Part shown: positions 50,630 through 60,676 of the stretch, piece after piece
How positions within the stretch are numbered: the first letter of the stretch is position 1
Layout: every line of letters starts with the position of its first letter
Assembly: GCA_965218095.1 (NCBI GenBank)
Contig: OZ244587.1
Coordinates: 1,600,001 to 1,664,000, forward strand
From: Candidatus Poribacteria bacterium
GTDB lineage: Bacteria > Poribacteria > WGA-4E > PCPOR2b
Length of the DNA: 64,000 nucleotides
Direction: 5' to 3'
Translations under genes and position numbers: made by a program
Notes under the pieces: generated by a model
Databases searched by the model: none
What the model was told of the DNA's origin: nothing
Seen by the model: the letters and a program-made list of their open reading frames with translations, nothing else

Positions 50630-50950
50630 ATGTACTCAATCGGTTTGGCCATGAAGCTGCGGCCGGGTTGTTACGAGGAATACAAAGAGGCTCATGACAA
50701 CCTCTGGCCCGAACTCGGAAAAGGCATGGAAGACAACAACGTGAGTATGGCAATCTACCGCTTCGGAGCTCATCTCGTCTTGCACGCGGTTGCGCCTTCC
50801 GAGCAGGACTGGCTCCAGAGCCGAGAGGACCCTGAGCTGGAACGGTGGTCTGACTACATGGCGACATTCCTCGAAACCAACGACGAGGGCAATATTATTT
50901 TCGAAGAGTTGCCAGAGGCATTCGCATTCGGCATATTCAAATCAGAATAG
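50630..50950 (+). CDS. rhaM: L-rhamnose mutarotase family
   Basis: MKLRPG..EEYKEAHDNLWPEL, RWSDYMA. Confidence 0.85.
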   Translation: MYSIGLAMKLRPGCYEEYKEAHDNLWPELGKGMEDNNVSMAIYRFGAHLVLHAVAPSEQDWLQSREDPELERWSDYMATFLETNDEGNIIFEELPEAFAFGIFKSE

Positions 50951-51152
50951 GTGGAAATTGGTAAATCTCGTCTGCGCTAAAGGCCACTCGTGTTCGGTTC
51001 TCCACCAATCAATGCCCATCACCAAAATTTTGATAGGCGGTTCATGGCGGATTAGATGTGGTTATTCAAACAAGGTAACTGTTCACCACTAGCCGTAGCG
51101 AGCGCTGATTGAGTAGCTACCCCCTGAACGGTTACCCTTAGCGATTGACTTG

Positions 51153-53084
51153 TCAGATGATACGAGATGGCTCTTCTCCAGCAGCAACGGCCGTCCCGTT
51201 GGTAAGAACAATACCATTCTCACAGTGAGACTCGATTTGCCCGCCCTCAAACTGTTCCTCATAAAGCCGGGCATATAAACCATCCTTGGCGAGTAGCTCA
51301 TCATGCGTACCGTGTTCGACGATTCGACCGTGGTCAATGACATAAATTACGTCCGCAGCCAGAATCGTTGAGAGCCGGTGGGCGATGGCAATGGTTGTAC
51401 GTCCTTTCATCAGCGGTTCTAACGCGGCTTGGACATAACGTTCGCTCGCGGTATCCAGCGCAGAAGTCGCCTCATCCAGAATTAACAATCGCGGCTGGTG
51501 CAGAATCATTCGAGCGATTGAGAGCCGCTGACGTTCTCCACCTGAGAGCTGATAGCCGCGTTCCCCGACAATCGTGTCGTATCCGCCCGGGAACTCCATG
51601 ATGCGGTCGTGGATGTGGGCCGCTTTTGCTGCGGCTTCGAGTTCTTGTTGTGTTGCGTTCGGATTCCCATAGAGAAGATTGCTACGGAGGCTGCCATGGA
51701 AGAGATAGCTTTCCTGTGTCACATAACCGATGAGCCCAGCGAGCGATGCGAGGCTCATTTGTCGAACGTCGATTCCATCAATGCAAACTGTTCCCTCTGT
51801 CGGATCATAAAGCCGCGCAATGAGGTATGAAATCGTTGATTTGCCCGCGCCGCTTGGTCCCACGAAAGCCGCGAGCTGACCCTGTTGGATCTCAAAGCTG
51901 ACCCCATCAAGCGCCCATCGCTCCGACGTACCGCTGAGCTCTTTTCCTTCAAGCCGTTCTTGAGCGCTTAACCCATAACTGAGACGGACGGACTCGAACG
52001 TCACTATGCCGTTGACTTGTTTGGGTGTCAAGTCGATGGCGTTTGGGGTATCGACAATCTCCGGTTTTAGGTCGAGATATCCAAAAATCCGCTCGAACAG
52101 TGCCATTGATGATTGGAGTTCGATCGCGTTCCGCAGAAGTGAACCGATCGGAAAGTAGAATCTTACCTGCAAGGTGGTAAACGCGACGATTGTACCAGAA
52201 GAGATTTCAATTGACCATCTGCCGGAAATCAGATAGCCTGCAAGGACATAGATGACCACCGGAGAAATCGTGAAGGTGGTCTGTATCAACGCCCAGAACG
52301 CCTCGCCGATCATTTCCTGACGGACGACAATATCTGAGAGTCGTTGATTTTCGCTGTGGAATCGTTGTATTTCATCATTCTGTCGACCAAACAATTTTGC
52401 CAACATGACTCCAGAAACCGATAAAGTTTCTTGAGTAATTGCTGTCATTTCCGCCTTTGCGTCTTGTGCCTCAGCGGTCACCGCACGGCGTCGGTCGCCA
52501 ACGATCTTGTTTAACCAGATAAACAGCGGCACGATACCGACTGCCACCAACGTCAGGCGCCACGAGAGGATGGACATGGCAATTAAGGTGCTGATGATAC
52601 CAACGCTGTCGTAGATGACATCCGTGACTGTCGTGGTGACAACCATTTGAAGGTCTCCGACATCGTTGGCAATGCGCGACTGCAACTCACCTATGCGGGC
52701 ACCGGTGAAGAAACCGAGCGACTGACGGTGTAGATGCCGGTACAGTTTATCCCGGAGATCCCGCATGACACGCTGCCCCATTCTGTTGGCAAGCAAGCTC
52801 TGCCAGATTTGCAGTCCACCGCTGACAACCGTAATTCCCACCATGACTCCAGCGATTAACCACAACAACTTGAGGTTGGGATCGCCGTTTTTAGGGAAGA
52901 GGCCGTGGTCAAACACGTCCCGAATCATCAACGGGTTGACAATACCAAGCGCGGCAGCAACCAGAACGAGTAGCCCGATGATGGCGAGCCGTCTCCGATA
53001 AGGACGAAACAAGGCGACGATTCGCCGACCCAACCCACGATTCGTTTTCTCGTCGCCTGTCAGCTTACTAGAACTTGCGTTCAT
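51153..53084 (-). CDS. ABC exporter, fused permease/ATP-binding
   Basis: TM domain, then GPSGAGKST, LSGGERQR, LILDEATS, AHRL. Confidence 0.95.
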   Translation of the reverse strand: MNASSSKLTGDEKTNRGLGRRIVALFRPYRRRLAIIGLLVLVAAALGIVNPLMIRDVFDHGLFPKNGDPNLKLLWLIAGVMVGITVVSGGLQIWQSLLANRMGQRVMRDLRDKLYRHLHRQSLGFFTGARIGELQSRIANDVGDLQMVVTTTVTDVIYDSVGIISTLIAMSILSWRLTLVAVGIVPLFIWLNKIVGDRRRAVTAEAQDAKAEMTAITQETLSVSGVMLAKLFGRQNDEIQRFHSENQRLSDIVVRQEMIGEAFWALIQTTFTISPVVIYVLAGYLISGRWSIEISSGTIVAFTTLQVRFYFPIGSLLRNAIELQSSMALFERIFGYLDLKPEIVDTPNAIDLTPKQVNGIVTFESVRLSYGLSAQERLEGKELSGTSERWALDGVSFEIQQGQLAAFVGPSGAGKSTISYLIARLYDPTEGTVCIDGIDVRQMSLASLAGLIGYVTQESYLFHGSLRSNLLYGNPNATQQELEAAAKAAHIHDRIMEFPGGYDTIVGERGYQLSGGERQRLSIARMILHQPRLLILDEATSALDTASERYVQAALEPLMKGRTTIAIAHRLSTILAADVIYVIDHGRIVEHGTHDELLAKDGLYARLYEEQFEGGQIESHCENGIVLTNGTAVAAGEEPSRII

Positions 53085-53536
53085 AACAACAAACTCCTTC
53101 GATTTTTAACACGACGGTACTGCATCGACTGATGTATGGATCATCAGGATTCCTCCAAAACCGAAAGTGGCTTTGGCGCATTTGTGTGAGATTGGCGTTG
53201 TGCGCCAATCGGCGACCGTGCAGCGGAGTGAAAATTATTTATGGGGAATTAGTTGGCAAGAATATAGCCACGACACAGGTTTCAAAATGCTAGTTTTTAG
53301 CGCAGCTAAAAATGAATCCTTGCTATGACTGGATCTTTGTTTTCAAACTGGCGCCATTTGTCCTTAACATATCGTCAATAAGGATACTATACTTCCGCAG
53401 AAATTGCCACAGAATTTTAACGCAATAGAAATTCTCCACCGCGAAACAAAGCATTGTCCATGGCTGCGATTTTCCATTCCGTTACTTCTACAACTTCGAT
53501 GAGTGACAGGAATTAGGCGCCTTGAAAGGAACACGA

Positions 53537-56203
53537 ATGGAGAAAATCACTATGCTGAATATGGGTGTTATGTTCTTTTGCCTGGCCCTGGCCGGCAGCG
53601 GGGTCGGTGCACTCGCGGATGATAGCGGATCATGGCGAGACGCCTCCCGGCGTAATGAGCTCAAGAACGAGGCACTGGTGGCGTGGTTTCAATCGGGCCT
53701 TCTCTACCGGTTGGAAGACGGTACCACGGGAAAGTCCCTCCTCGATCTCGATCCTGAGAGTTTGCCGGCGGAGGCACCGCTTTTCGGCCGCGTGGGAATT
53801 GACCTGGATGCGTGCCAGGTGTCCGTGGAGGTCACGGCGGATTCAGTAGTCAGCCGATTTCGGTCCCCGGGCGGGACAGAGTGGGATCTACACTGGTCGA
53901 TCGAGCCGGGCCGGGGTGACCTGGTCTTACAGACTGCGGCCCGAAGTGCCGAACCGGTGGATCGAATCCAGTTGGTGCTCGCTGGCTGCGACATAGCCGA
54001 CCACAGCTTGGTCGTGGTGGATGGCAACGGCAACGCCCAGAAGTTGGACGCTCCCTGGGAAGGAGGATTTCACGACGCTGCGCTCCCTGAATTCGGCTTC
54101 AGTCCGAGATATGTTCACCCGTTGGTCGCCCTGTTTCAGGGCGAGAATTCAGGCTGGTTTCTGGAGGGGCGTGACTTGCGCATTGGGCCAGCCAATCTGC
54201 TCAACCAGGGGAAGGGCCAGACCGCCACGCTGGTTCCGGTCCGAGGTTTTCCGTCGGCGACCCGGACACCCCGGCTGTTTGAAATCCGGATACGCGCATA
54301 CCAGGGCGACTGGCAGGACGCAGTCGATCCGTACGTGGACTGGATGGAACGCAAGGTCGGCTTTGTGCCTCTTGATAAGAAGCCTCAGAAGTGGGTTCAA
54401 AACATTCGCAGTCAGGCCTATGTCAATGTCGGCGATTTCGAAGGCCTGCAAGTCCTGGCCAGGCGGCTGGACCCGGCCAAGACCCTCCTGGGCCGAATGG
54501 GGGGGTACCGTCCCTATGCCTGGGATCACAACTTTCCGGACTATACACCCTCCGAGGACGCTGTGCGGTGGTTCAAGCGGGCCCGGGAACTTGGCTTCCA
54601 CGTGGGAGCCCACGTCAACACCGCCGGCCTTGACCCCTCCTACTCGGAACTCGTCGAACGTTTCCGGCGGGGTTTTATGGAGATCTCGCTCGACTCCGAG
54701 GGGAACGAGACGTTCACGGACCCGCCGCCGATGCATTCTGGCCGCATCGAGGTAGAAACCAAAGACGGGAAGCGTACCTACTGGGGTGCCCCTCCCACCG
54801 TCTTGTACACCTCAACGGCCAATAAGGACTGGCGTGACCACCTGATCGGACGGCTTCGGCCACTGGTGGAAGCCGGCGTGGACATGATCTACTTAGATGA
54901 GTCGATGGCCCCGACCGGCAAATTCATCGTGGATGGCACGACCGCAATCCAGGGCGTCATGGCACTGGAAAAGGAAATCTTGGAAGCCTACCCGCATGTG
55001 GTTATCGAGACCGAACAGATTAATCTGATGAACGCGCGCTGGAGCAGCTTTGCCCTCACCACTCTCGACCTTGGCCATCCCCTGGGCGGATACATCTACA
55101 GCCGCTTCGTGAAGTTCGTCCCGGAGGGTTATTTCTACGAGCCCCAGAACGAGAAGCACCTCAACGAATTCCAATCCTTCGGCTTCCTGCTTCCCGGGGC
55201 GAACAAGGAGCGGTCTTGGATGGATATTGCTAATGCCTTCCAGGATTTTGACCTTGCTCCCGTCTCCCGCCTCCCGCGGAAGTTCTACCAGCTCTCTGGC
55301 TTCCGAGGACCCGAGGGCGTCGTCGCGTACTATGAAAAGCATCCCCGGAAGCGTGGCCTCGTAGTCTACGTACCCGCTAAGGCACCCAGGTGGTTCGGCA
55401 CCCGGGTAACCGGCGTGAAGACCTGGGCGGGGCCCGGCGGGCTGCGCGACTGGTTCCTCTACGACGGCGCGACTCTGCTGGGACTCAATCCCAAGCAGAC
55501 GTACGTGTTCGATGAAACTGTAACACTGCTCCAAGACAGTTTCCATGTGACCCGCCTGCCCCCCGACTTCGCGGTGCACACAAAGTCGATTGATCTTTTT
55601 GGGGGCCAGGAGGTGGGGCCCAACGGCTCTTTTCACAAGCTGACATTCACGGGAACTGGTGAGATCGAAATGTTTGTCCCGGATGATGTACATGCGTTTC
55701 TTGACGGCGAAGAAGTACCCGCTGACCCGGCCACAAGAGCAGCCCGGGGTCACGTGATGGCGTCGGTTGAAAACCCTACGACGCTTATGGCTTACCGCGT
55801 ATCGGACACCGAGCTTGCAGGTGAATGGGTTAGTCTTCCCTGGCAGACATCGATTAAGCAAGACCCCGGGATGATTTTGGCCGAGGGTAGTGGGTTCTTC
55901 AATCACGTTGGGGCAGAGGCCAAAATCATCGGCCGCCTGCCGGATGCCACCAGCATCCGGCTTCAGGGTTCCTGGCAGATGGGCGATCGACCCCGAGGGG
56001 TCGGGGACGCCGTGGTCAGGATCAACGGCCAGGAGGTCGTGCGGCTACCCACCGGCCCGAAACCATACCAGCTACAAAGCTTCGACGTGGACGTCTCGAC
56101 CTTCGCCGGAAAGCACGTCTTCCTGGAGTTTGCAGTCGACGGCGAACACGGCGGCTTCGCCCCCTCAAGCTGGTACAATCCACGGATTGCCGTGAGCCGG
56201 TAA
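53537..56203 (+). CDS. Large secreted putative glycoside hydrolase-like protein with C-terminal carbohydrate-binding-like module
   Basis: Signal peptide ending ALA; WDHNFPDY, GFHVGAHVN, GVDMIYLDES in a TIM-barrel-like core; VDVSTFAGKHVFLEF tail. Confidence 0.65.
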   Translation: MEKITMLNMGVMFFCLALAGSGVGALADDSGSWRDASRRNELKNEALVAWFQSGLLYRLEDGTTGKSLLDLDPESLPAEAPLFGRVGIDLDACQVSVEVTADSVVSRFRSPGGTEWDLHWSIEPGRGDLVLQTAARSAEPVDRIQLVLAGCDIADHSLVVVDGNGNAQKLDAPWEGGFHDAALPEFGFSPRYVHPLVALFQGENSGWFLEGRDLRIGPANLLNQGKGQTATLVPVRGFPSATRTPRLFEIRIRAYQGDWQDAVDPYVDWMERKVGFVPLDKKPQKWVQNIRSQAYVNVGDFEGLQVLARRLDPAKTLLGRMGGYRPYAWDHNFPDYTPSEDAVRWFKRARELGFHVGAHVNTAGLDPSYSELVERFRRGFMEISLDSEGNETFTDPPPMHSGRIEVETKDGKRTYWGAPPTVLYTSTANKDWRDHLIGRLRPLVEAGVDMIYLDESMAPTGKFIVDGTTAIQGVMALEKEILEAYPHVVIETEQINLMNARWSSFALTTLDLGHPLGGYIYSRFVKFVPEGYFYEPQNEKHLNEFQSFGFLLPGANKERSWMDIANAFQDFDLAPVSRLPRKFYQLSGFRGPEGVVAYYEKHPRKRGLVVYVPAKAPRWFGTRVTGVKTWAGPGGLRDWFLYDGATLLGLNPKQTYVFDETVTLLQDSFHVTRLPPDFAVHTKSIDLFGGQEVGPNGSFHKLTFTGTGEIEMFVPDDVHAFLDGEEVPADPATRAARGHVMASVENPTTLMAYRVSDTELAGEWVSLPWQTSIKQDPGMILAEGSGFFNHVGAEAKIIGRLPDATSIRLQGSWQMGDRPRGVGDAVVRINGQEVVRLPTGPKPYQLQSFDVDVSTFAGKHVFLEFAVDGEHGGFAPSSWYNPRIAVSR

Positions 56204-56315
56204 CCGGTGTATCGATTGGGCGGCTTGGCGACATAGTCCCAACCAACTAATCAAGGAAAGGATCATTATGTCTCTGTTAGATTAAAAGAGCTTATCGGCA
56301 AATCCACTGCTGGCT

Positions 56316-56385
56316 CGCCCCCCCGGCCCCCCAATGCTGGGGGGAGAATCACACAAACTTCCCCAGAATTGGGGGCCGGGGGGCG
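56316..56385. repeat. GC-rich nested palindrome
   Basis: CGCCCCCCCGGCCCCCCAAT...ATTGGGGGCCGGGGGGCG; related sequence at about 1692-1712. Confidence 0.7.
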
Positions 56386-56407
56386 AATGTAACAAAGTCA
56401 AATTATT

Positions 56408-56788
56408 ATGAACACGATAGACGCGATTGTCAGGATGTTGAAAGTTGAAGGAATCGAGCATCTGAACTGTTTCCCCACAACACCTATTATTGAAGCCGCC
56501 GCGCAGGTGGGCACCCGCCCCATCGTCTGCCGCTAGGAGCGGGTAGGCGTTCGTATTACAGACGGATTCTCAAGGGTCACAAATGGGTCCCGGCCCGGTG
56601 TCTTTGCCATGCAATATGGCCTGGGGACCGAAAACAGTTTCGTCGGTGTGGCGATCGCTTTTTCCGACTCGGTTCCCATGCTTTTATTGCCCCTCGGGCA
56701 CCAATTAGATCGCCAGGGCATCTGGCCGTTTTTTCGCTCGGAGATAAGTTATGCTGCCATTACCAAGCAGTTAGAAGTCGTGGTTTAG
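56408..56788 (+). pseudogene. N-terminal remnant of a thiamine-diphosphate enzyme (acetolactate synthase-like), TAG at 56534
   Basis: LKVEGIEHLNCFP, PIVCR*ERVG...DGFSRVT, QYGLGTEN, AFSDSVP. Confidence 0.8.
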
Positions 56789-56985
56789 GGCTTTATGCCC
56801 ATCCATGCTTGGCTCGGCATTTCAAAACTAGCACCAAAGATTCACATATTGCATTATGTCCAATTTCGCGAAAATGTCTGTAGACTTCTACTCTGTAGAC
56901 TCCTACGAGGAGAAGCGATGTTCAATCTAAAGAAGATGGCGATCGGCCTTGCCGCTCACCACTTTTTTGTTATGGAGGTACCATT

Positions 56986-58191
56986 ATGACTATGATTAAC
57001 ACCATGGCTCTCAGCGATCAACAGATAGCTGACTACCATGAGAACGGCTATGCGATTGTTCGCAATGTACTGTCCCCTGACGAAGCAGATGAGCTTCGTC
57101 GTATCGTCCAACAACAAGCGCAATCCAATGCGTACCCACCCTCGCTCAAGTATCCTGAGCCAGGGAAGTACACGATCAGCGGCAATAAGATGGCGGAGTC
57201 CGGACTGGCCCCCATTGCTGAACATCCGGCAGTTGTGGATGCTGTTGAGTGCGTGCTCGGTCAGCCAGCGCATCTGACTGCCTTCGTTGCATATCTGCGG
57301 ACCCCGGGCAATAAAGGTTCTGGAGCGCACTGTGACTACAAACGGTGGCGCCCGGTGGGCTCATCCATGAACTGGGTGTTCGCGATCATTCCACTGACCG
57401 ATTTCGATTCAGTGTATGGCCCATTTCTGGTGTCCCCCGGATCTCATAAGCTGACCCGGGTTATCGACGAGGAGGCGCACATACTGGATCTCATCTGTCC
57501 TGACGCCGCCCAACTGCCTCCTTTTATCGATCCGGAACTCAAGGCAGGCGACTTACTGGTTGTGAACGGGCATACGTGGCATAAAGCGCCAGCCGGTACG
57601 TCCACGGAAGACCGTTGCGGTATTTTCCATAAATATTGTGCGGTCAACGCGCCCCCTGCCGCGGGATACTATCCATACAATCCCGCAGCCCTTAGCACAT
57701 TGAGCGACACTGGCAAACGCCTCATCCCTGTTTGTTTTGACAAGCCTATCACGACGACACGCTTGCTCATCGAGCGTCCGTCTGGCGAGGAATCGAAATT
57801 CCTGCTTCTACACGACGATGAAAATGCTCGCTGGGACTTGCCGGGGGGAGAGGGATGGGAAGAAGAAGAGGGGGTCGGCTGGGACGTCGGCGCACGGATC
57901 GGTTCTTTGCAAGCGCTCATTCAAGCACAACTCGGTATAGACGTTCCATGGATGTCCTATATCGAAGATGTTGAAAACGAAAACGGCATCTGCCGTGTTT
58001 ATGGTTTCTCAGATGAAATTCTGACCGCTGACTCACTTCCCAACGGTCACGACTGGTTCACGAAAGACCGCCTGCAACAGACGCTTGGGGACGATGACTA
58101 TATCTGTCACGCGATTCACACCTGGCGCCGAGGTGATATCATTCGGGGCAAAGGCAAAGCGTGCAATCAAAGTAAACATCAATTCGACTAA
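56986..58191 (+). CDS. PhyH family dioxygenase fused to a degenerate Nudix-like domain
   Basis: YHENGY, AHCD, VSPGSH, TWH; C-terminus KFLLL..WDLPGGEG..QAQLGIDV..DWFTKDRL. Confidence 0.8.
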   Translation: MTMINTMALSDQQIADYHENGYAIVRNVLSPDEADELRRIVQQQAQSNAYPPSLKYPEPGKYTISGNKMAESGLAPIAEHPAVVDAVECVLGQPAHLTAFVAYLRTPGNKGSGAHCDYKRWRPVGSSMNWVFAIIPLTDFDSVYGPFLVSPGSHKLTRVIDEEAHILDLICPDAAQLPPFIDPELKAGDLLVVNGHTWHKAPAGTSTEDRCGIFHKYCAVNAPPAAGYYPYNPAALSTLSDTGKRLIPVCFDKPITTTRLLIERPSGEESKFLLLHDDENARWDLPGGEGWEEEEGVGWDVGARIGSLQALIQAQLGIDVPWMSYIEDVENENGICRVYGFSDEILTADSLPNGHDWFTKDRLQQTLGDDDYICHAIHTWRRGDIIRGKGKACNQSKHQFD

Positions 58192-58607
58192 ATCCGCACC
58201 TCAACCCAAATCCAGCTTTCAGTAACTGTTTCTCACTGCGAATTTTCCATCTTGCACCTTCACCCTAATATCGTATAGCCCAACAAACGGTCGTTTCTTG
58301 GACTCGGATATCCTTTTCCAAAATCAACCGCAAATCCTCACTTCCAGCGTCCATAAACTCCGTCCAAGAATCAACTAGAAAATGAGCGTTTAGCAGACAC
58401 TCCAAGAAAACGGTTCAAATCTAGTTTACATCAGGGTTTGAGCCGTTCTTCATTTGAAATGATGTAACAAAATAGCCCATAGTGTTTCACACCCGCCGGT
58501 AGTCATGCCGTAGCTTCTCCCATTGCTTCTGACGAAAACTGACTGTCAAAGACTTTCGCTGCACCGCGATCGCATCGGGCGGTTTGAATAGCGCGCAGCG
58601 TGGCTGT

Positions 58608-59891
58608 TTATGGTCGCCAACTGGCGATGAAGTCATCAACATCGAAATCAGCGGGCATGTCGGTGTAGAGCGTTCTCAGGGAGCGAGAATGGAAGTTTGG
58701 GACGCTCGCCTCCGCATTCGGTTTCAGTTCGGCAAACAGCTTTGCATAATGCTCGTGACAGCGCGCTGCGCCCCCTTCAAGCCTATCGGACAGCTTTGAT
58801 AAACGCTGGCGGAGGGTATCGGCTTCCTCAAACGAGAAGCGATGCCCGAAATCCTCGTAAAATTGGTAATCCGCCGTCCCTGCGACAACGCGAGCGCGTT
58901 CAGTCTGCGGCAAGGCGGCAATCTCAGGATTTTTCAGTTTGTAGATTTTGTTCGCTAACCTGGCCAGCAGCATGACGCACACCATCCGCCCGCGTTCACC
59001 GGGGTGGAGTGTAGCCAGGCCGGTCCGAAAGGGAGCCACGTCTTTGCTCAGGATGGCGCGGAAGACGGCTTCAATCTGGTCACGCTCCTGGGTATGCAGT
59101 TCGACGAACCGCTCAAATTTGGCGCGCACTTTCGGCGATAAGCACTTTGTGAAATTCAGATTCCTAGCCCAGTGAAAGTGGTGCACGTAGGGAAAGATGT
59201 CGGTGCCGAAAGCGCGATACCCCAAATGGATCGTCCGCCGCAGTTTCGTGGTATAGTTGCTGCCCCAATGCATGATGATGTTGGGATACACGACGCCGTC
59301 GCCCGCTTTGAGTTTCACTTGGACACCGCCCGGCAACGGAACGCACGGATCGATGAGCAACTGGCGGTTTTGCGCATCGTCGTCGGGACGTCGATGACTG
59401 CCCGGCACGACCCACAACACATCGTCATCGTAGAGCGCAATGTTCCATTGGACATAGCCCGGCATATTTTCGACGAGGTCCATCTGCAAGCCGCACAACG
59501 GCGCCTGTTCCATGCAGTCAATATCGCGATGCCAGTCGGTCGCCCCGTAGTCATGCACCCCGCTGCATAAAACCTGCATATTTGTGAGCGTCGTTTCTTC
59601 ACACTGCATCAGTTGACGGCTGACGCCCAACGTGTTTTCGTGCAGGCAGAATTCCACGGTGTTGGCTGTGGCTTCGTCAACAACGGCGTCGATATTCACG
59701 CGGGGTTGTGCGGAGACCTCCCACGCCCCACCCGGCGGCTCATCCGGTTTTCGATCCCGCGCCGAGATAGCTTTCTGCCGGTCGACAAGCGTTTCAACGC
59801 TGGCGCGTAGTTCATCCAACTGCGCCGGAGGGACAACCTCGCGCAAAATAATAAAACCCTCGTCCAGCAACTGTTCTGGACTGACTTTCAT
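58608..59891 (-). CDS. PhyH-like dioxygenase with long C-terminal extension
   Basis: LLDEGF, WHRD, VQWNIALYDD, VPGSH, MHWGSNY. Confidence 0.85.
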   Translation of the reverse strand: MKVSPEQLLDEGFIILREVVPPAQLDELRASVETLVDRQKAISARDRKPDEPPGGAWEVSAQPRVNIDAVVDEATANTVEFCLHENTLGVSRQLMQCEETTLTNMQVLCSGVHDYGATDWHRDIDCMEQAPLCGLQMDLVENMPGYVQWNIALYDDDVLWVVPGSHRRPDDDAQNRQLLIDPCVPLPGGVQVKLKAGDGVVYPNIIMHWGSNYTTKLRRTIHLGYRAFGTDIFPYVHHFHWARNLNFTKCLSPKVRAKFERFVELHTQERDQIEAVFRAILSKDVAPFRTGLATLHPGERGRMVCVMLLARLANKIYKLKNPEIAALPQTERARVVAGTADYQFYEDFGHRFSFEEADTLRQRLSKLSDRLEGGAARCHEHYAKLFAELKPNAEASVPNFHSRSLRTLYTDMPADFDVDDFIASWRP

Positions 59892-60072
59892 CGTTATTTT
59901 CTCCTGAGTAGTAAGCAGTTGGCAACCTATTGGTAAGCCACTTTACCCATTCTTGACTTTGGGATCAACAGAAATCTCTGGAACTTCTTTTCTTATCAAA
60001 ATGAGACGGTATGGATGGCGTGGTGCCCCACCGAATTCGGCTGCGAGATTGAGACTGTTGAGCGAGATTCTA

Positions 60073-60601
60073 ATGGATATACAACTAACATCAGTTCAAA
60101 AGGAAGCGTATCAGCGCGATGATTATACGATAATTAAAGGCGTCTTCGGTTCCGATGAGTGTAATTGGTTTATCGACTACATGATGGATCTGCATGATGG
60201 ATCTGCATGCGGGGCGCAAGACAGTCGAAGGCTACGGCCCCCGCGATCCGGACGACTGGAGTCGGACGCATAATCGGTCCCTTCACGAGCCTGTGGGCAT
60301 GGCTTGGATGCTTTCTCCTAGACTGCGCCAGCTACTGCGCACCTTCCTCGGTGATGAGCCCGATGCGGTGCAGAGTATGTATTTCTACAAAGGCTCGGAA
60401 CAGCATCGGCATTAGGATGCGTGCCATCTCCCAGGCTGCATGTCGGCATGGATCGCCCTTCAGGAGATCGGCGCATGGAACGGAAGCATCCATATCCAAC
60501 TCGGCTCCCACAACGAGCCGATCATTGATAAGAAGGATTTCAGAGCGGATGAGGACGGCACCCCGGGCGCCTGGTACGGTTGGAATCACGAAGACACATA
60601 A
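60073..60601 (+). pseudogene. PhyH family pseudogene (13-bp duplication, TAG in the HQD motif, truncated)
   Basis: ATGATGGATCTGC x2 at 60181-60206; RH*DA at 60413; SAWIAL, QLGSH. Confidence 0.85.
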
Positions 60602-60604
60602 GCG

Positions 60605-60676
60605 ATGCCAAAGCCGCGTATAATGTTCGACCATGATGCACGTTACCCACTCATCTATATGTATCAACCGCCCATA
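60605..60676 (+). pseudogene. 24-codon N-terminal remnant of a GHL10-like gene
   Basis: MPKPRIMFDHDARYPLIYMYQPPI versus MPKPRMMFENDSRHTLIYMYEPPI at 21062. Confidence 0.8.

Noticed and set aside
58457-58480. Possible IS terminal repeat (GGGCTATTTTGTTACATCATTT on the minus strand)
   Set aside because: No partner repeat or transposase found in the window
659-60415. Stop-codon reassignment or amber readthrough explaining the many in-frame TAGs
   Set aside because: TAG falls at both Trp and Gln positions, TGA stops and frameshifts hit the same genes, and TAG is the normal terminator of intact genes (hsdS, NIPSNAP, aldolase, mutarotase)
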